Positions 41,701 to 49,924 of a stretch of 64,000 nt of DNA are shown one piece after another. This DNA comes from a virus. Lineage: Duplodnaviria; Heunggongvirae; Uroviricota; Caudoviricetes. Below the pieces are notes generated by a model. The model was not told the origin of the DNA. It saw nothing but the letters and a program-made list of their open reading frames with translations, and made no database searches. The DNA is taken from positions 61,593 to 125,592 of IMG/VR virus record IMGVR_UViG_3300020577_007233; one strand, written 5' to 3'. The position numbers and the translations under genes are program-made. Position 1 is the first letter of the stretch; each line of letters opens with the position of its first letter.

Positions 41701-42306
41701 CCTTCCGCTACTTACCTTTGCGGCGTCAAAATCTTGAACCCTTGCGCCTGGCAACTGGTTTCTAGTTTCAGTTTGCAAATCAATCTTACTTGGGGAACCT
41801 CTGTGCTTGTGTTTAGCAACTTCATCTTTAATGAACTCTAGGAAGCTAATCTCTTGTCTAAAGCCTGTATCTATTTCTGTAATGCCAGTTTCGCCTGTTG
41901 TAACTCTAGCAAGCCTAATTGCATTTACAGTTGGAAGAGTCCTGCTCCAAACAAAATCAACATCTCTTGTTCGAATTGTTCCACCAGAAAGAACTGCGTA
42001 AATATAGAATGTTTCATTAGGAGGAAGTTCATCAATCCCGCCAGCAGAATCTGTTTGAGTAGCAAGCCCTGCAATAATACCGATGCCTGGGCCTATGTCA
42101 ACAGCAATAGCATTACTGCCAAAGTTATTCCTTTCGGTAATCTCCCAACCTTGAATAACGCCATCGCCAAAAACGACATACAAGCCGTAAAGCTGTTTAT
42201 CAATGGTTAAGAAACGGTCAATCTCTCTTTGGACATTGATACCGTCGCCAAGATCATCACCAAAAGTGAAGTAGCTTAAACCGTAAAATGGAGTAATTCC
42301 AGCCAT
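38764..42306 (-). CDS. Tail fibre/baseplate-attached protein with C-terminal NHL/propeller-like blades
   Basis: 1180 aa. Fibre-type motif DAAKVSSGRLSPERIP, blades IIADTVNDRIIE and GRVIKVDADGNIVWQ, and an N-terminus paralogous to 10744..15429. Confidence 0.7.
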   Translation of the reverse strand: MAGITPFYGLSYFTFGDDLGDGINVQREIDRFLTIDKQLYGLYVVFGDGVIQGWEITERNNFGSNAIAVDIGPGIGIIAGLATQTDSAGGIDELPPNETFYIYAVLSGGTIRTRDVDFVWSRTLPTVNAIRLARVTTGETGITEIDTGFRQEISFLEFIKDEVAKHKHRGSPSKIDLQTETRNQLPGARVQDFDAAKVSSGRLSPERIPQLDHNDLANTGLLTHAALDSFTKLINSGNRQLLGEVAAVNTMKLITAQHYIASTNNLNLSELVDFPNLLVCYPGITPDTAIDFDASTSNIDLSTHCISGKPVQDGSITSIYWNTNAAFFSATDRQNVTIARDTVSLTRGSSSSTQVEDFEQVPRAGVAIPGFTTQVQITTDKIGVVSEDSSSLKTQGFYSGKFQTERESRIIYKRAVSQNRDWSLFDELILDVKSLTIAHGAVYMYFVSGTGENAKQSQSYLVLGQDEITDNVDPDFNAFERRVFDISNETRDDIQEIVFYTDDTITKHEFWIDNIFIRNQSLFPPSGLIRFRYSSGVPVVFSAINYEASIPEGCDVRIRVRVANSTSLLNRAVFTPNIKSGDVFSLYGTDAEIEAVLVSNTDRTKTPSLSSIELQLVVDSEITGFTISTAEEWDRGSYTNEKQSADEYNTAVSKITIEEPISVGDLYYIYQNGVNENDPDGAAVYGFRGLLFRTLLSPQQAVNIADASFSPGFNKPFSVYRLANRNFIIADTVNDRIIETNPRGEFVKGLGGHHVTDTAYFYPLSAVYNTRTGVLSIAFSQEIDSTKIEISKVRLWIGSASILLGTEDEILDNGKTAKLLEVRLTNDKVEQLQDPNFDVYVDLLSGFLPTPFDFPDSARRLISNKGLLVFLGDFVYMNDVKRPVFANVMANGEWMVCNSTIEEEDAGNGDTTSITLKVGESTNFTVTVDPPGDGFELRWERNVPAEIQDIFTFEAPSPGNVATVHLNSPTDSQIRTWQLLFTAVYIETATGQTIATTTNTVILTIVAADSGTGNPTTSEAPSLVQIDVDNEEVKFSYSGLVFSDFTLGSVYEIDSEKILVSGLVLDSDPLPAPEGGEGNETYEEQAIRKLTNYRGKTIVLNRRDKSVTFTYDASDNSYPSDAVLDENSNVVIAETSFIGNAGRVIKVDADGNIVWQISGGLFSKINDVRAKFSGDVIVST

Positions 42307-42311
42307 TTATA

Positions 42312-42515
42312 TTATGCTCCGACCTTCCCGCCTCTAGTAACACCAACAACCATTACGCCTTCAGCCGCCGTGTTTCTGGAAAGCTGATACATACCCATAC
42401 CTCTATAACCCTGTCGGCTATTTCGAATAGCCAAAAAGTTCTCAGAAGAACTACGGTCTTTCTTGATTTCATCTCGCATTTTAGACCAAATAGCTGATAC
42501 ATTATTCTTTGACAT
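42312..42515 (-). CDS. Small hypothetical protein (probably tail-tip associated)
   Basis: 67 aa. It fills the gap between two large genes with 1-nt and 5-nt spacing. Confidence 0.7.
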   Translation of the reverse strand: MSKNNVSAIWSKMRDEIKKDRSSSENFLAIRNSRQGYRGMGMYQLSRNTAAEGVMVVGVTRGGKVGA

Positions 42516-42516
42516 A

Positions 42517-45500
42517 TTATGCTCCTGTTGTAGATCCGCTTATTGAACCATCGAGACCCAAACCGATCTCGTTTGTATTGCCCCAGTGAACGTCTTGTCT
42601 TGGGAAGAGCCACAGACACTCAAAGTCTTGGAACCATGTTCCCCTCGAAGCATCAACTTCGCTTTTTACGGACGTTATTACCAATGGTTGCTTCTCTCTT
42701 GAACCCAACGGTTGAAACGTAATAACATCAAGGGCTTTGATATCATTTCTTCCAATAGCTCGGAAAGAAACCTTTATTGGAGGAATGAACATTCTAGTAT
42801 AATTCTTGACGACCCATTTAACTGTATCCTCGCTGCCAAAAATACCATCCATCTGCAAGAAAGCCTTACGATAACCCAAGAATCCAGGACTATCTGGATC
42901 TGTCAAAGAAGCATAGTTCGTATGTCCTGCAACGAAAATTTCTCCGTTTGGCGAAGTAGAAATAACCTTGATTTCGTTTACGACATCTTGTACTACTCTT
43001 TCTACCTTATAGTCTCCAATGATTTGTCTATTTAATGTAGCGCATCCTGCTGAAACGCTTAGTTGCTTAGGAGTTGCAAAGAAATCTACCTTACTTAGTT
43101 GCGCCCAATCTTGTATAGTCCAATTGGTTTGAGAACCACTCTGTCCTCCCCAAATCTCTTGGTCATACGGAAGAGGATTGAAGTGAAAAACGCCAAGTCT
43201 ATCAAAAAAGGCTACTTTATTAGAAAGAAGAGCCATCTTCTCTATGGCGTCCCAATAAGAGCTTCCATCAGTAAATCTCAAAAACGGAGATTGAAGAGTG
43301 TCATAAGAACCTGGCAATGCGTATTCTCTGTTGTAAATCTTGTCGCCGTTGAAATGAAATGTATACCAACCTCCCTTTGATTCACTATTTGCAAGAACGC
43401 TTATCAAAGATCCTGGTTCTAAAGACGAATTGTTATCCTCTCCATCTCTAAGGCCAGCGAGTCTCAATATATCTCTAACAGCATTTACATCTCTCATTCT
43501 ATCAAAAAATGGAGAGTTCAAGAAGAACTGGTCTCTAAGAATCTTGGAGTAATCAACCACCTTGCAATCAAGTGTTTTCTTGTTTGTTTCCGTAGTTATT
43601 ACCCCTCCTTGACAGAAGCCGGTAAACACAACTCTATCTTTAGGATCAGTTGGTGTTGGCATAATACCATTTTCCCACCAAAGACTTATTTGTAAGTAGA
43701 AAGCTTTGTCAACCAGTGAGTACAAATAATTAGACTGATTGTTACGGAATTTCATTCCATCGCTAATAAGGAAAGAAATAGAACCGCTATGTTCAAGTTT
43801 TTGCCAATCGGTTTCAGACCACTCATCACTGAATGACAAGACATGCTGACTAACATCAACAGGAGCCTTTTGGAAGATACAACCCTTTGGCGGAACATAC
43901 ATCCTAAACAGATACAGAATAGGAGTAACACAATTCTGTAAAGCCCAATCACTACCACCGTCTATAGCAGGAAAAAGATAGCCACCCGGAAGGGCGCTAA
44001 TAACAACCTGCATTAGTTTGCTATTTTGAGCCTTAGAACCCTGATCTGTGGTGCATTCAGAAGCATTGATTTGTAGAATTGATTCTTTGATACCTTTTTC
44101 ATAAGCCTTATTGTTCTTCATCATATCAGGAGCTTTACCCCGAGTACGAGTCAGCCAATACTGATTATCAATTGCATATGTGGTTACAGGCTTTACCTTA
44201 CCACTTGTATCTTTTGGTTTAATAGCAATTTCTTTGTATACACCAGCTTCATTAGTGTACTGTGGCTTGTTGAGATTAACGGAAACTTCAGGATTTAAGC
44301 TTTTACCCTTATCTCTCCACAGGAACTGTATTTCATCAGCAGAAACAGGCCCCTGAACAGAAAATGGCTGAGGTAGCATATATTCGTTCAACTCACCATA
44401 GATAACAGGAGCAAAACTAAAGCCACACTTTCTATTGCCTCCCATAAGGGCAATTTGTCCAAAAGGAATTAACATCTGAACTGCTTTGTATACAACTTGA
44501 CTTTCACTAATCGGAATAGATACATCTTGAGATATGGGAGTTGCTGATTCGTCTATGTCTTTACGAGAAACAACCCAGGGTTGATTCTCAAAACCCGAAA
44601 ACGTAACTACGATATTGCCGCCATGCTGTCTTACCATAACTCTTAGTTTTTCGTTTCTATTTAGAAGAGTTGCGGAAGACGCTCCATCATAAGTAGATAG
44701 TTTACGAATAGTTGGATTCTTACCAACTGAGGCTGTAATAACTTCCTTCAAAGGAGTCTCGCTACTATCGGTTCTAGAACCCTGACCAGAACTCGCTTCT
44801 TCTTCGGTTTTGCATTTTGGTATATCATCTGATGAATTACTTCGAGCGGGAGGTTCAGAGGCGGCGGAGCCGGAAGCTGAAGTATCTTCTTCCACTCGAC
44901 AGGTAAGAGTGGCGACCTTGCCGACATGACAAAAAATAGGGTATGAGTTTTCAGCAATAATGATCCAATAGTTATGATTTGGATCTCCGACTCCAAGCTC
45001 AATCATATAGTAGACTTGCCTACTAAAATCAAAGACCTTTTTGGTTGCATCAATAATCTCTTGATTACGCTTCTTGTCAAGAAGACCATCTCCGTTTAGA
45101 GCGCCGCAAACAGCGGCCTCTTCCTTGGAGAAAACATCCAAGAACTTAAACTTATCAAGCATTCTAAACTTAACATCCTTAGAGCCTATGTTTGTGCTTG
45201 CAGGAGCTTTGGTAGAAAATTCAACAACGAAGTCTTCGCCCTGGAAAATAGGAGTTCTTTTAAGCATTCGCCAATGCATTCCAGGATTAATTGAACGATA
45301 GGTATTTGTAGAAACTTGAAAAGAGCTTTCAACCCCATTGTCTTTCATCATTTTTATTGGATCATCTGGCGAAAATATGCCCTTAGTAATAGGAACGAGA
45401 ACGGAGTTCTTTTTCAATTGAGCAACACTTGTGAGAATATCACCGTCTTGAGTGCTTTGACTTACTACTCCAAGCGATTGACCTACATTATCAACAATGT

Positions 45501-46068
45501 ACTCCCATTTGGTACAAAAAGATTTCTTGACCTTTTCCGTAGCAACAGCTATCTTTTGAACAGAATCATATTCTGACGGCAAAAGATTTGTGTCACAATA
45601 TAGACTTGCATCAGCAATCCATGTTTGGTGAGTTCCAATAGCGCTTGATGTTGCTTCGCCATTTTTTACAACAAGCATATCTGAAGCAATATTATTTGTC
45701 AATCCCAAATACTCAAGCAAGGTAATAGGAATGATATCATCCCAGTTGAAAGGGTTAATTGTTCTCAGTATTGATCTAAATGCTTGCTTAGCTGGATCTT
45801 GAATTTCCTCTTCGGCGTCCTTCTTGATAAAGGAAACAAAATTGTGAATATAGAAACTAGGCAAAGGTCTAAGGTAAGCGCCATCAAGTCCAGGAATTGT
45901 AAGAAGCCTATTCTTTAGAGGTTGAGGAGCGTATTGCATTGTCTCTGGCGAGAAAATGAAAGCTTGGTCCTGATTAACTCTTTCGAAAATAGGACAATTA
46001 GCCCAAAGTACGCACTTGAACTTTAGGGTGCCGGGTTTACCTGGGGATGCTGTAAGGCTATCTGCCAT
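42517..46068 (-). CDS. Putative baseplate hub / tail-tip protein
   Basis: 1183 aa, second gene after the tape measure. The C-terminal half has a hub-like pattern (DVSQHVLSFS, VVFTGF, DCKVVDYSKIL, SYWDAIEKMA...FFDRLGVFHF, VVNEIKV, ALDVITF, VITSVKSEVD). Confidence 0.6.
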   Translation of the reverse strand: MADSLTASPGKPGTLKFKCVLWANCPIFERVNQDQAFIFSPETMQYAPQPLKNRLLTIPGLDGAYLRPLPSFYIHNFVSFIKKDAEEEIQDPAKQAFRSILRTINPFNWDDIIPITLLEYLGLTNNIASDMLVVKNGEATSSAIGTHQTWIADASLYCDTNLLPSEYDSVQKIAVATEKVKKSFCTKWEYIVDNVGQSLGVVSQSTQDGDILTSVAQLKKNSVLVPITKGIFSPDDPIKMMKDNGVESSFQVSTNTYRSINPGMHWRMLKRTPIFQGEDFVVEFSTKAPASTNIGSKDVKFRMLDKFKFLDVFSKEEAAVCGALNGDGLLDKKRNQEIIDATKKVFDFSRQVYYMIELGVGDPNHNYWIIIAENSYPIFCHVGKVATLTCRVEEDTSASGSAASEPPARSNSSDDIPKCKTEEEASSGQGSRTDSSETPLKEVITASVGKNPTIRKLSTYDGASSATLLNRNEKLRVMVRQHGGNIVVTFSGFENQPWVVSRKDIDESATPISQDVSIPISESQVVYKAVQMLIPFGQIALMGGNRKCGFSFAPVIYGELNEYMLPQPFSVQGPVSADEIQFLWRDKGKSLNPEVSVNLNKPQYTNEAGVYKEIAIKPKDTSGKVKPVTTYAIDNQYWLTRTRGKAPDMMKNNKAYEKGIKESILQINASECTTDQGSKAQNSKLMQVVISALPGGYLFPAIDGGSDWALQNCVTPILYLFRMYVPPKGCIFQKAPVDVSQHVLSFSDEWSETDWQKLEHSGSISFLISDGMKFRNNQSNYLYSLVDKAFYLQISLWWENGIMPTPTDPKDRVVFTGFCQGGVITTETNKKTLDCKVVDYSKILRDQFFLNSPFFDRMRDVNAVRDILRLAGLRDGEDNNSSLEPGSLISVLANSESKGGWYTFHFNGDKIYNREYALPGSYDTLQSPFLRFTDGSSYWDAIEKMALLSNKVAFFDRLGVFHFNPLPYDQEIWGGQSGSQTNWTIQDWAQLSKVDFFATPKQLSVSAGCATLNRQIIGDYKVERVVQDVVNEIKVISTSPNGEIFVAGHTNYASLTDPDSPGFLGYRKAFLQMDGIFGSEDTVKWVVKNYTRMFIPPIKVSFRAIGRNDIKALDVITFQPLGSREKQPLVITSVKSEVDASRGTWFQDFECLWLFPRQDVHWGNTNEIGLGLDGSISGSTTGA

Positions 46069-49000
46069 TAGTTAGGGTTTCCATAATTGATGTCTAGGAT
46101 GGGGCTTTCTGGATAGGAAAATGCCCTGAAATTGCCAGATGCGTCTTTATAGAAGAATCTAAGAAAGCCGCTCGCTGTCGAATACCCAAGAGAGGCGACT
46201 TCGGAAATAGAAAAGCCTTCACCGAAGGCGTCAATATCCTTGTACGGGAATATTACAGGAGTTTCCTTGTTTTGTAGAGCAGTCTTAAGTTCAGGAGTAA
46301 TTGCTCCTAAAACAAAAACTGGCTTTGAGATGCCTGTATCAGGATTCATTACATCAACAACATTTTTAGCCGTTACAATAGAAGTTTCTGAGTCAAACTT
46401 TCTCATAAACAACATACCCTCTACCTGATAAGTCATATAACTCACATCGGAGTTGTAATCCAAAACAACTCCTAAGATATTTGCTGACTTCAACTCCTGA
46501 AGATTACTGTTCTTGTGAATCAGCATTCCGCCATCTATAAAGTCAAACCAAGAAGAACCCCCATCAGAGCTTCCTCTACAGTAGAATCTTCCATTAGCAA
46601 CAAACATAACCTTCAACTGACCCGTTCTGTCTCGATAAACAAAATAGTCAACTTCAGGAAATCCGTCTTCATAGTTCTTTTCGTCTCCCGAAAGCAGTAT
46701 TCTATAGTCATCTCTGCCAGCTTTTCTAATTTCAACATTTGTCGCAAATTGAGACTTAAGATAATCACCAGAAACATTACCAACAACAACGTTATTGGGC
46801 GAAGTTCTCATAGAAATGCCAGATTGAGAAAAATGATACAAGCCATAATTGGGCAAAGTCTTTTCGTTCAAAAGATTTGGTCGTTTGTATGCCAAAAAAG
46901 CATCTGCATACTCAAACAAAGAGCAATCAACAACCTTGTGCATTAGGGTATCGTTTAGGACAAAGAACAAATCAACCCTGTTTGAAAACTTATCAGCAAC
47001 AACATAAGGAGAGCTAACTGTTTCTCCAACAACCGTTCTAACTATACCCTTGTAGTCATACCATGTACCGCCCTTATCAGGAGAAAGCAAACAAGATATC
47101 TCCTTGTCTGATTTTTCTTGAAGACCGGGCATTGCCCCGTCATCAAAAGGTCCAGTCAAATGAGAACCGTCCGCCGAAGCTCCATTTGTAGTTGTGTCTC
47201 CTTCTCCGCCCTTTTCGTCCTCATAAAAGACAAGCCAGTTACCGCTAGCATCAAAACAAGTGCTTAGTATGCTTGTTGATATCTTGTACTTCTGATATTC
47301 TGTCTCTTCAATAGATTCCGCCTCAATGTAAAGAATCTGCATGTCTTTCAAAACATCACCATCAATGAACCAGTTTTCAAGGTTGATGTATCTGGTATCT
47401 AAGCATATAATTCTAGGCAAAGCAACATACTTCCCTTGATACGGAACCGCAATGTTATCAATAATGGTTTTGGAACCAGAAAACACAAAAGATATTAGTC
47501 TTTCATTATTCTCCAAGAATGCCTCAGAGGTAGGAATGTATTGTATCGTTACCTTACGAAGCCTTCTGTTGGGTATTCCTGTAACATTTATTCTTCCTGT
47601 ACTTTCGACTTGTGTAAATTGCAGTCTATCTGTTTTTACAATAGAGGTTGGCACTTTATTCATCAAAACTAAGGCGTTCTCCGTTGTTATCTCTGTTCCT
47701 TTGAAGTATCCTGGCTGATCGCCTAGTATCTTGTCGTATCCGCCATATTTGACCGAATTCTCGGTAGTTGAGTCGTCAAGAGCCGCAAGGCTATGTCCTG
47801 TCGAGTCAGGGTCGCTTCTGCTAAGATTTTCAAACTCTGAAGCAAGAATGCCATCCTCAAAGATTCGGTAGTTAGTTGTGCCGTTTGCGGAATCAGGATA
47901 AACTAGGCAACCGAAGTAGTTTTTGGGATCGGTTGTTACGGAGTAGTTCTCTCCCGAAAAAGACTTTGTACCAACCCAAACTGCTCCGTCTCCTCTGAGA
48001 GGATTTTCTGCCTGAAATTTCTCTATATAGATTCTGCCTTTTTGACTTATCTTGTCCAAAAATGTTGGAGTCCTAAGTATCATGTCAGCATGAATGGTTC
48101 CTTTTGTACAAAAACCAAAATCATAAGTAAACGTAATATTGCAAGTAAACAAGCTTGCCGATCCCTGCATTGGAACAGTTGAGAACTTGGCACTTGTCAA
48201 GTCATAGTCTTTTCTGCCTGGAGTCTGGTTCTTGATAAAATCAAGATTGGGAAAACCAACACCAGTGTTCTCTATATCTTTGTTGTAGATTGTACACTTA
48301 GAAATAGCATTAGCAAATCGTTTTTCATAGCCAAACTTTTCATTATCATATAGAACGCAATTCACGTGATCGCTTATGTCAAACCAAAAATCATCAAAAA
48401 GAACATCGTTAGCTTCAGTAACAAGCAACTGACCGCTACCATCAAAAGCTGAACCAGCAGATTGTTGAAGTTCTTCCAAAAGAGCATCAAACCAACCTTG
48501 ATCACGAATAGAAGAGCGAGGAATCAACAAAACAGGCTGCGAATTATTCCTAAAGTCAAGAGACAAAATGCCTCTTGAATCAGCAAAATAGCATCCCTTA
48601 ATGAAAGGATTTCTGTTGGCCTTTTCTAGTTTGCTTTCTATTAGCCTCTGACACTCCATGTCGGTAAGAAGTATTTGTCTGCGAAGTCTTGCGGTTTGAT
48701 TGGCTTTTTCAGTATTCGACAATTCAGTATTGTTCTGAACCTCGCTTATTTGCTTCAGTATGCTCTCGTCATTCCTGATATCAGCCAAAGAACTTCTTTG
48801 TTCTGGATTGATTCGAACCTTGAATTTGAACTTTCTAAAGTTCCATCCCTTAACTAAATCCAACGGAGGAAGCTGATAGGCGCTTTGATCTGGAAATAAG
48901 AAAAAGTTGGTTATGTTCTCTGTCGCATGCCTAAAGATCGGATTTATTGCAGCAGCATAAGATATGTAAACCTTGTCTCCTACCTTGAGATTTTCAGCAG

Positions 49001-49919
49001 GAGAACCTTCTTCTGTTTGTTCTTTGAGATTGAAACGAAGAACCTTATCCGTCAAATCATCTGTACTTCCGTTCCAAAAGCAGTGACCATCAGCCCTGTC
49101 GTATTCATTATCTGCTCTATAACGATTTTTTCTCTCGTCTCTTACAATCTCTACAAATAGATTTTCTTTGTCAGAGTATTTGTAGTTAGTAAACTCACCT
49201 TTTATCTGTCCAGACGAATCCTGGGGCCAACCCCTAATGCCTCTGTTTGAATTACCAAGATTTTCAAGCTCGTTGAGTTCTGATATTCCAAGAAGAACTC
49301 TCATATCACTATCAGTAAGCTGGCTAGGGGCAACTCTTTTTCCAAGCATTGCTTCAACTTGATCAGCAGGAGTTGCTCTTGCTCTTGCTATTTGCTCTTC
49401 AGTCAAAGGAGTTGTTGGGGTAACAAAGTTTATGGCCTTTCTTGTTACACCAAGCACGCCAATAATATAGTCTGGAAGCGTTATAGTGCCAGAAGAAATA
49501 TGCTCTTGCGTAAGAATAATCTCTCTGTTGAGCCTTGTTTCTGCATCGCAAACATGGAAAACCCACCTAGCCTTTGTTCTCTCTGAGTCGCCCGCCAAAG
49601 AACAAGCAATAGCACCGCCAATAGCAGCGCCAGCACCTCCGCCTAAAAAGCCAAGAGCCTCAAAAGCTCCCCTTCCAAGGTCTCCTAAATTTGTTCCTGT
49701 GATTCTTGAGTTAACGCTAAACCAAAACTCGGCATACAATCTATCTGCCGGCAATAGGCGTATCGTCTCTCTTTCAGAGATTAGTTGCCCTCCCTGATTG
49801 CGAGTACGAGGCCTTGCTGTTGTCCCTACTTGCGGTATATAGCCATTTGGAATAAGGTCTATGTTATCATAAGCAAGAACACTGCTAGGCAACAGGTTTC
49901 CTAGACAAATATTAGGCAT
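46068..49919 (-). CDS. Large tail-tip protein with C-terminal BNR/Asp-box repeats
   Basis: 1283 aa immediately after the tape measure; SPDKGGTW and SSDGGSSW Asp-boxes; N-terminal Gly-rich hydrophobic segment. Confidence 0.6.
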   Translation of the reverse strand: MPNICLGNLLPSSVLAYDNIDLIPNGYIPQVGTTARPRTRNQGGQLISERETIRLLPADRLYAEFWFSVNSRITGTNLGDLGRGAFEALGFLGGGAGAAIGGAIACSLAGDSERTKARWVFHVCDAETRLNREIILTQEHISSGTITLPDYIIGVLGVTRKAINFVTPTTPLTEEQIARARATPADQVEAMLGKRVAPSQLTDSDMRVLLGISELNELENLGNSNRGIRGWPQDSSGQIKGEFTNYKYSDKENLFVEIVRDERKNRYRADNEYDRADGHCFWNGSTDDLTDKVLRFNLKEQTEEGSPAENLKVGDKVYISYAAAINPIFRHATENITNFFLFPDQSAYQLPPLDLVKGWNFRKFKFKVRINPEQRSSLADIRNDESILKQISEVQNNTELSNTEKANQTARLRRQILLTDMECQRLIESKLEKANRNPFIKGCYFADSRGILSLDFRNNSQPVLLIPRSSIRDQGWFDALLEELQQSAGSAFDGSGQLLVTEANDVLFDDFWFDISDHVNCVLYDNEKFGYEKRFANAISKCTIYNKDIENTGVGFPNLDFIKNQTPGRKDYDLTSAKFSTVPMQGSASLFTCNITFTYDFGFCTKGTIHADMILRTPTFLDKISQKGRIYIEKFQAENPLRGDGAVWVGTKSFSGENYSVTTDPKNYFGCLVYPDSANGTTNYRIFEDGILASEFENLSRSDPDSTGHSLAALDDSTTENSVKYGGYDKILGDQPGYFKGTEITTENALVLMNKVPTSIVKTDRLQFTQVESTGRINVTGIPNRRLRKVTIQYIPTSEAFLENNERLISFVFSGSKTIIDNIAVPYQGKYVALPRIICLDTRYINLENWFIDGDVLKDMQILYIEAESIEETEYQKYKISTSILSTCFDASGNWLVFYEDEKGGEGDTTTNGASADGSHLTGPFDDGAMPGLQEKSDKEISCLLSPDKGGTWYDYKGIVRTVVGETVSSPYVVADKFSNRVDLFFVLNDTLMHKVVDCSLFEYADAFLAYKRPNLLNEKTLPNYGLYHFSQSGISMRTSPNNVVVGNVSGDYLKSQFATNVEIRKAGRDDYRILLSGDEKNYEDGFPEVDYFVYRDRTGQLKVMFVANGRFYCRGSSDGGSSWFDFIDGGMLIHKNSNLQELKSANILGVVLDYNSDVSYMTYQVEGMLFMRKFDSETSIVTAKNVVDVMNPDTGISKPVFVLGAITPELKTALQNKETPVIFPYKDIDAFGEGFSISEVASLGYSTASGFLRFFYKDASGNFRAFSYPESPILDINYGNPN

Positions 49920-49924
49920 ACTGT

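Noticed and set aside
42353-42619. 88-aa ORF as the gene between the hub and fibre genes
   Set aside because: It overlaps the hub gene by about 100 nt, while 42312..42515 fits the gap exactly.
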